In this document: in pieces, positions 15,750-16,256 of the stretch
Layout of the letters: each line of letters begins with the position of its first letter
Numbering within the stretch: the stretch's first letter is position 1
IMG/VR virus record: IMGVR_UViG_2713896789_000020
Source: a virus
Taxonomy: Duplodnaviria > Heunggongvirae > Uroviricota > Caudoviricetes
Reading direction: 5' to 3' (one strand)
DNA: 16,256 nt
Made by a program: the position numbers and the translations under genes
The notes under the pieces: generated by a model
Told to the model about the DNA's origin: nothing
The model's input: the letters and a program-made list of their open reading frames with translations, nothing else
The model's database searches: none

Positions 15750-16256
15750 ATGGAAGTCAACAAAAAGCAGCTGGCTGACATTTTCGGTGCGAGTATCCGT
15801 ACCATTCAGAACTGGCAGGAACAGGGAATGCCCGTTCTGCGAGGCGGTGGCAAGGGTAATGAGGTGCTTTATGACTCTGCCGCCGTCATAAAATGGTATG
15901 CCGAAAGGGATGCTGAAATTGAGAACGAAAAGCTGCGCCGGGAGGTTGAAGAACTGCGGCAGGCCAGCGAGGCAGATCTCCAGCCAGGGACTATTGAGTA
16001 CGAACGCCATCGACTTACGCGTGCGCAGGCCGACGCACAGGAACTGAAGAATGCCAGAGACTCCGCTGAAGTGGTGGAAACCGCATTCTGTACTTTCGTG
16101 TTGTCGCGGATCGCAGGTGAAATTGCCAGTATTCTCGACGGGATCCCCCTGTCGGTGCAGCGGCGTTTTCCGGAACTGGAAAACCGACATGTTGATTTCC
16201 TGAAACGGGATATCATCAAAGCCATGAACAAAGCAGCCGCGCTGGATGAACTGATA
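15750..16256 (+). CDS. nu1: Terminase small subunit Nu1, 3'-partial (169 codons, runs off the window)
   Basis: Own translation from ATG 15750: MEVNKKQLADIFGASIRTIQNWQEQGMPVLRGGGKGNEVLYDSAAVIKWYAERDAEIENEKLRREVEELRQ…, matching lambda Nu1. Confidence 0.92.
   Translation, partial: MEVNKKQLADIFGASIRTIQNWQEQGMPVLRGGGKGNEVLYDSAAVIKWYAERDAEIENEKLRREVEELRQASEADLQPGTIEYERHRLTRAQADAQELKNARDSAEVVETAFCTFVLSRIAGEIASILDGIPLSVQRRFPELENRHVDFLKRDIIKAMNKAAALDELI

Larger units (their letters stand above)
1331..16256. mobile_element. Lambda-type (lambdoid) prophage, left end and interior; appears defective (no repressor/replication module in this window); continues beyond window end
   Basis: attL core plus int/xis at the left, cosN and nu1 at the right, lambdoid nin and lysis genes between; bet-gam-kil-cIII-N-rex-cI-cro-cII-O-P-ren not present anywhere in the window. 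Confidence 0.9.

Noticed and set aside
15651-16231. Minus-strand ORFs 15651-16190 and 15869-16231 and plus-strand 15685-15891
   Set aside because: Antisense or out of frame relative to nu1, whose translation matches lambda Nu1 residue for residue
1-16256. CRISPR arrays, tRNA or rRNA genes
   Set aside because: No regularly spaced direct repeats and no cloverleaf-like or rRNA-like segments seen on reading; lambda integrates at a non-tRNA site, consistent with the absence of a tRNA at attL

Overview
This window is the left junction and a large part of a defective, mosaic lambda-type prophage integrated at the lambda attB site next to host ybhC. Identification rests on reading the ORF translations and DNA motifs directly and on recall of lambda/DLP12 proteins; no database search was run. 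Order: ybhC (host) - attL (core GCTTTTTTATACTAA plus P' arm) - int - xis - orf55-like - an AT-rich non-lambda cargo island (142-aa protein, Cys-rich ORF with an in-frame TGA, 204-aa secreted protein) - lambda early-left small genes (ea22-like, TraR-like zinc finger, orf63/orf60a-like; a 59-nt N-run masks part) - 5'-truncated exo. The whole bet-to-ren immunity/replication segment is absent; in its place sit a small membrane protein and a two-gene lipoprotein operon (unknown lipoprotein plus SlyB-like glycine-zipper lipoprotein). Then follows a DLP12-like nin/late region: ybcN(NinB-like)-ninE-ybcO-rusA-ylcG-quuD, an intact nmpC-type porin on the opposite strand, S21-type pinholin, SAR endolysin, Rz/Rz1, bor, three small cos-proximal genes, cosN and the start of nu1. 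No tRNA, rRNA or CRISPR array was seen. The best candidates for undescribed biology are the lipoprotein pair at 7381-8390 and the cargo island at about 2937-4910, plus two in-frame TGA codons inside otherwise continuous reading frames.
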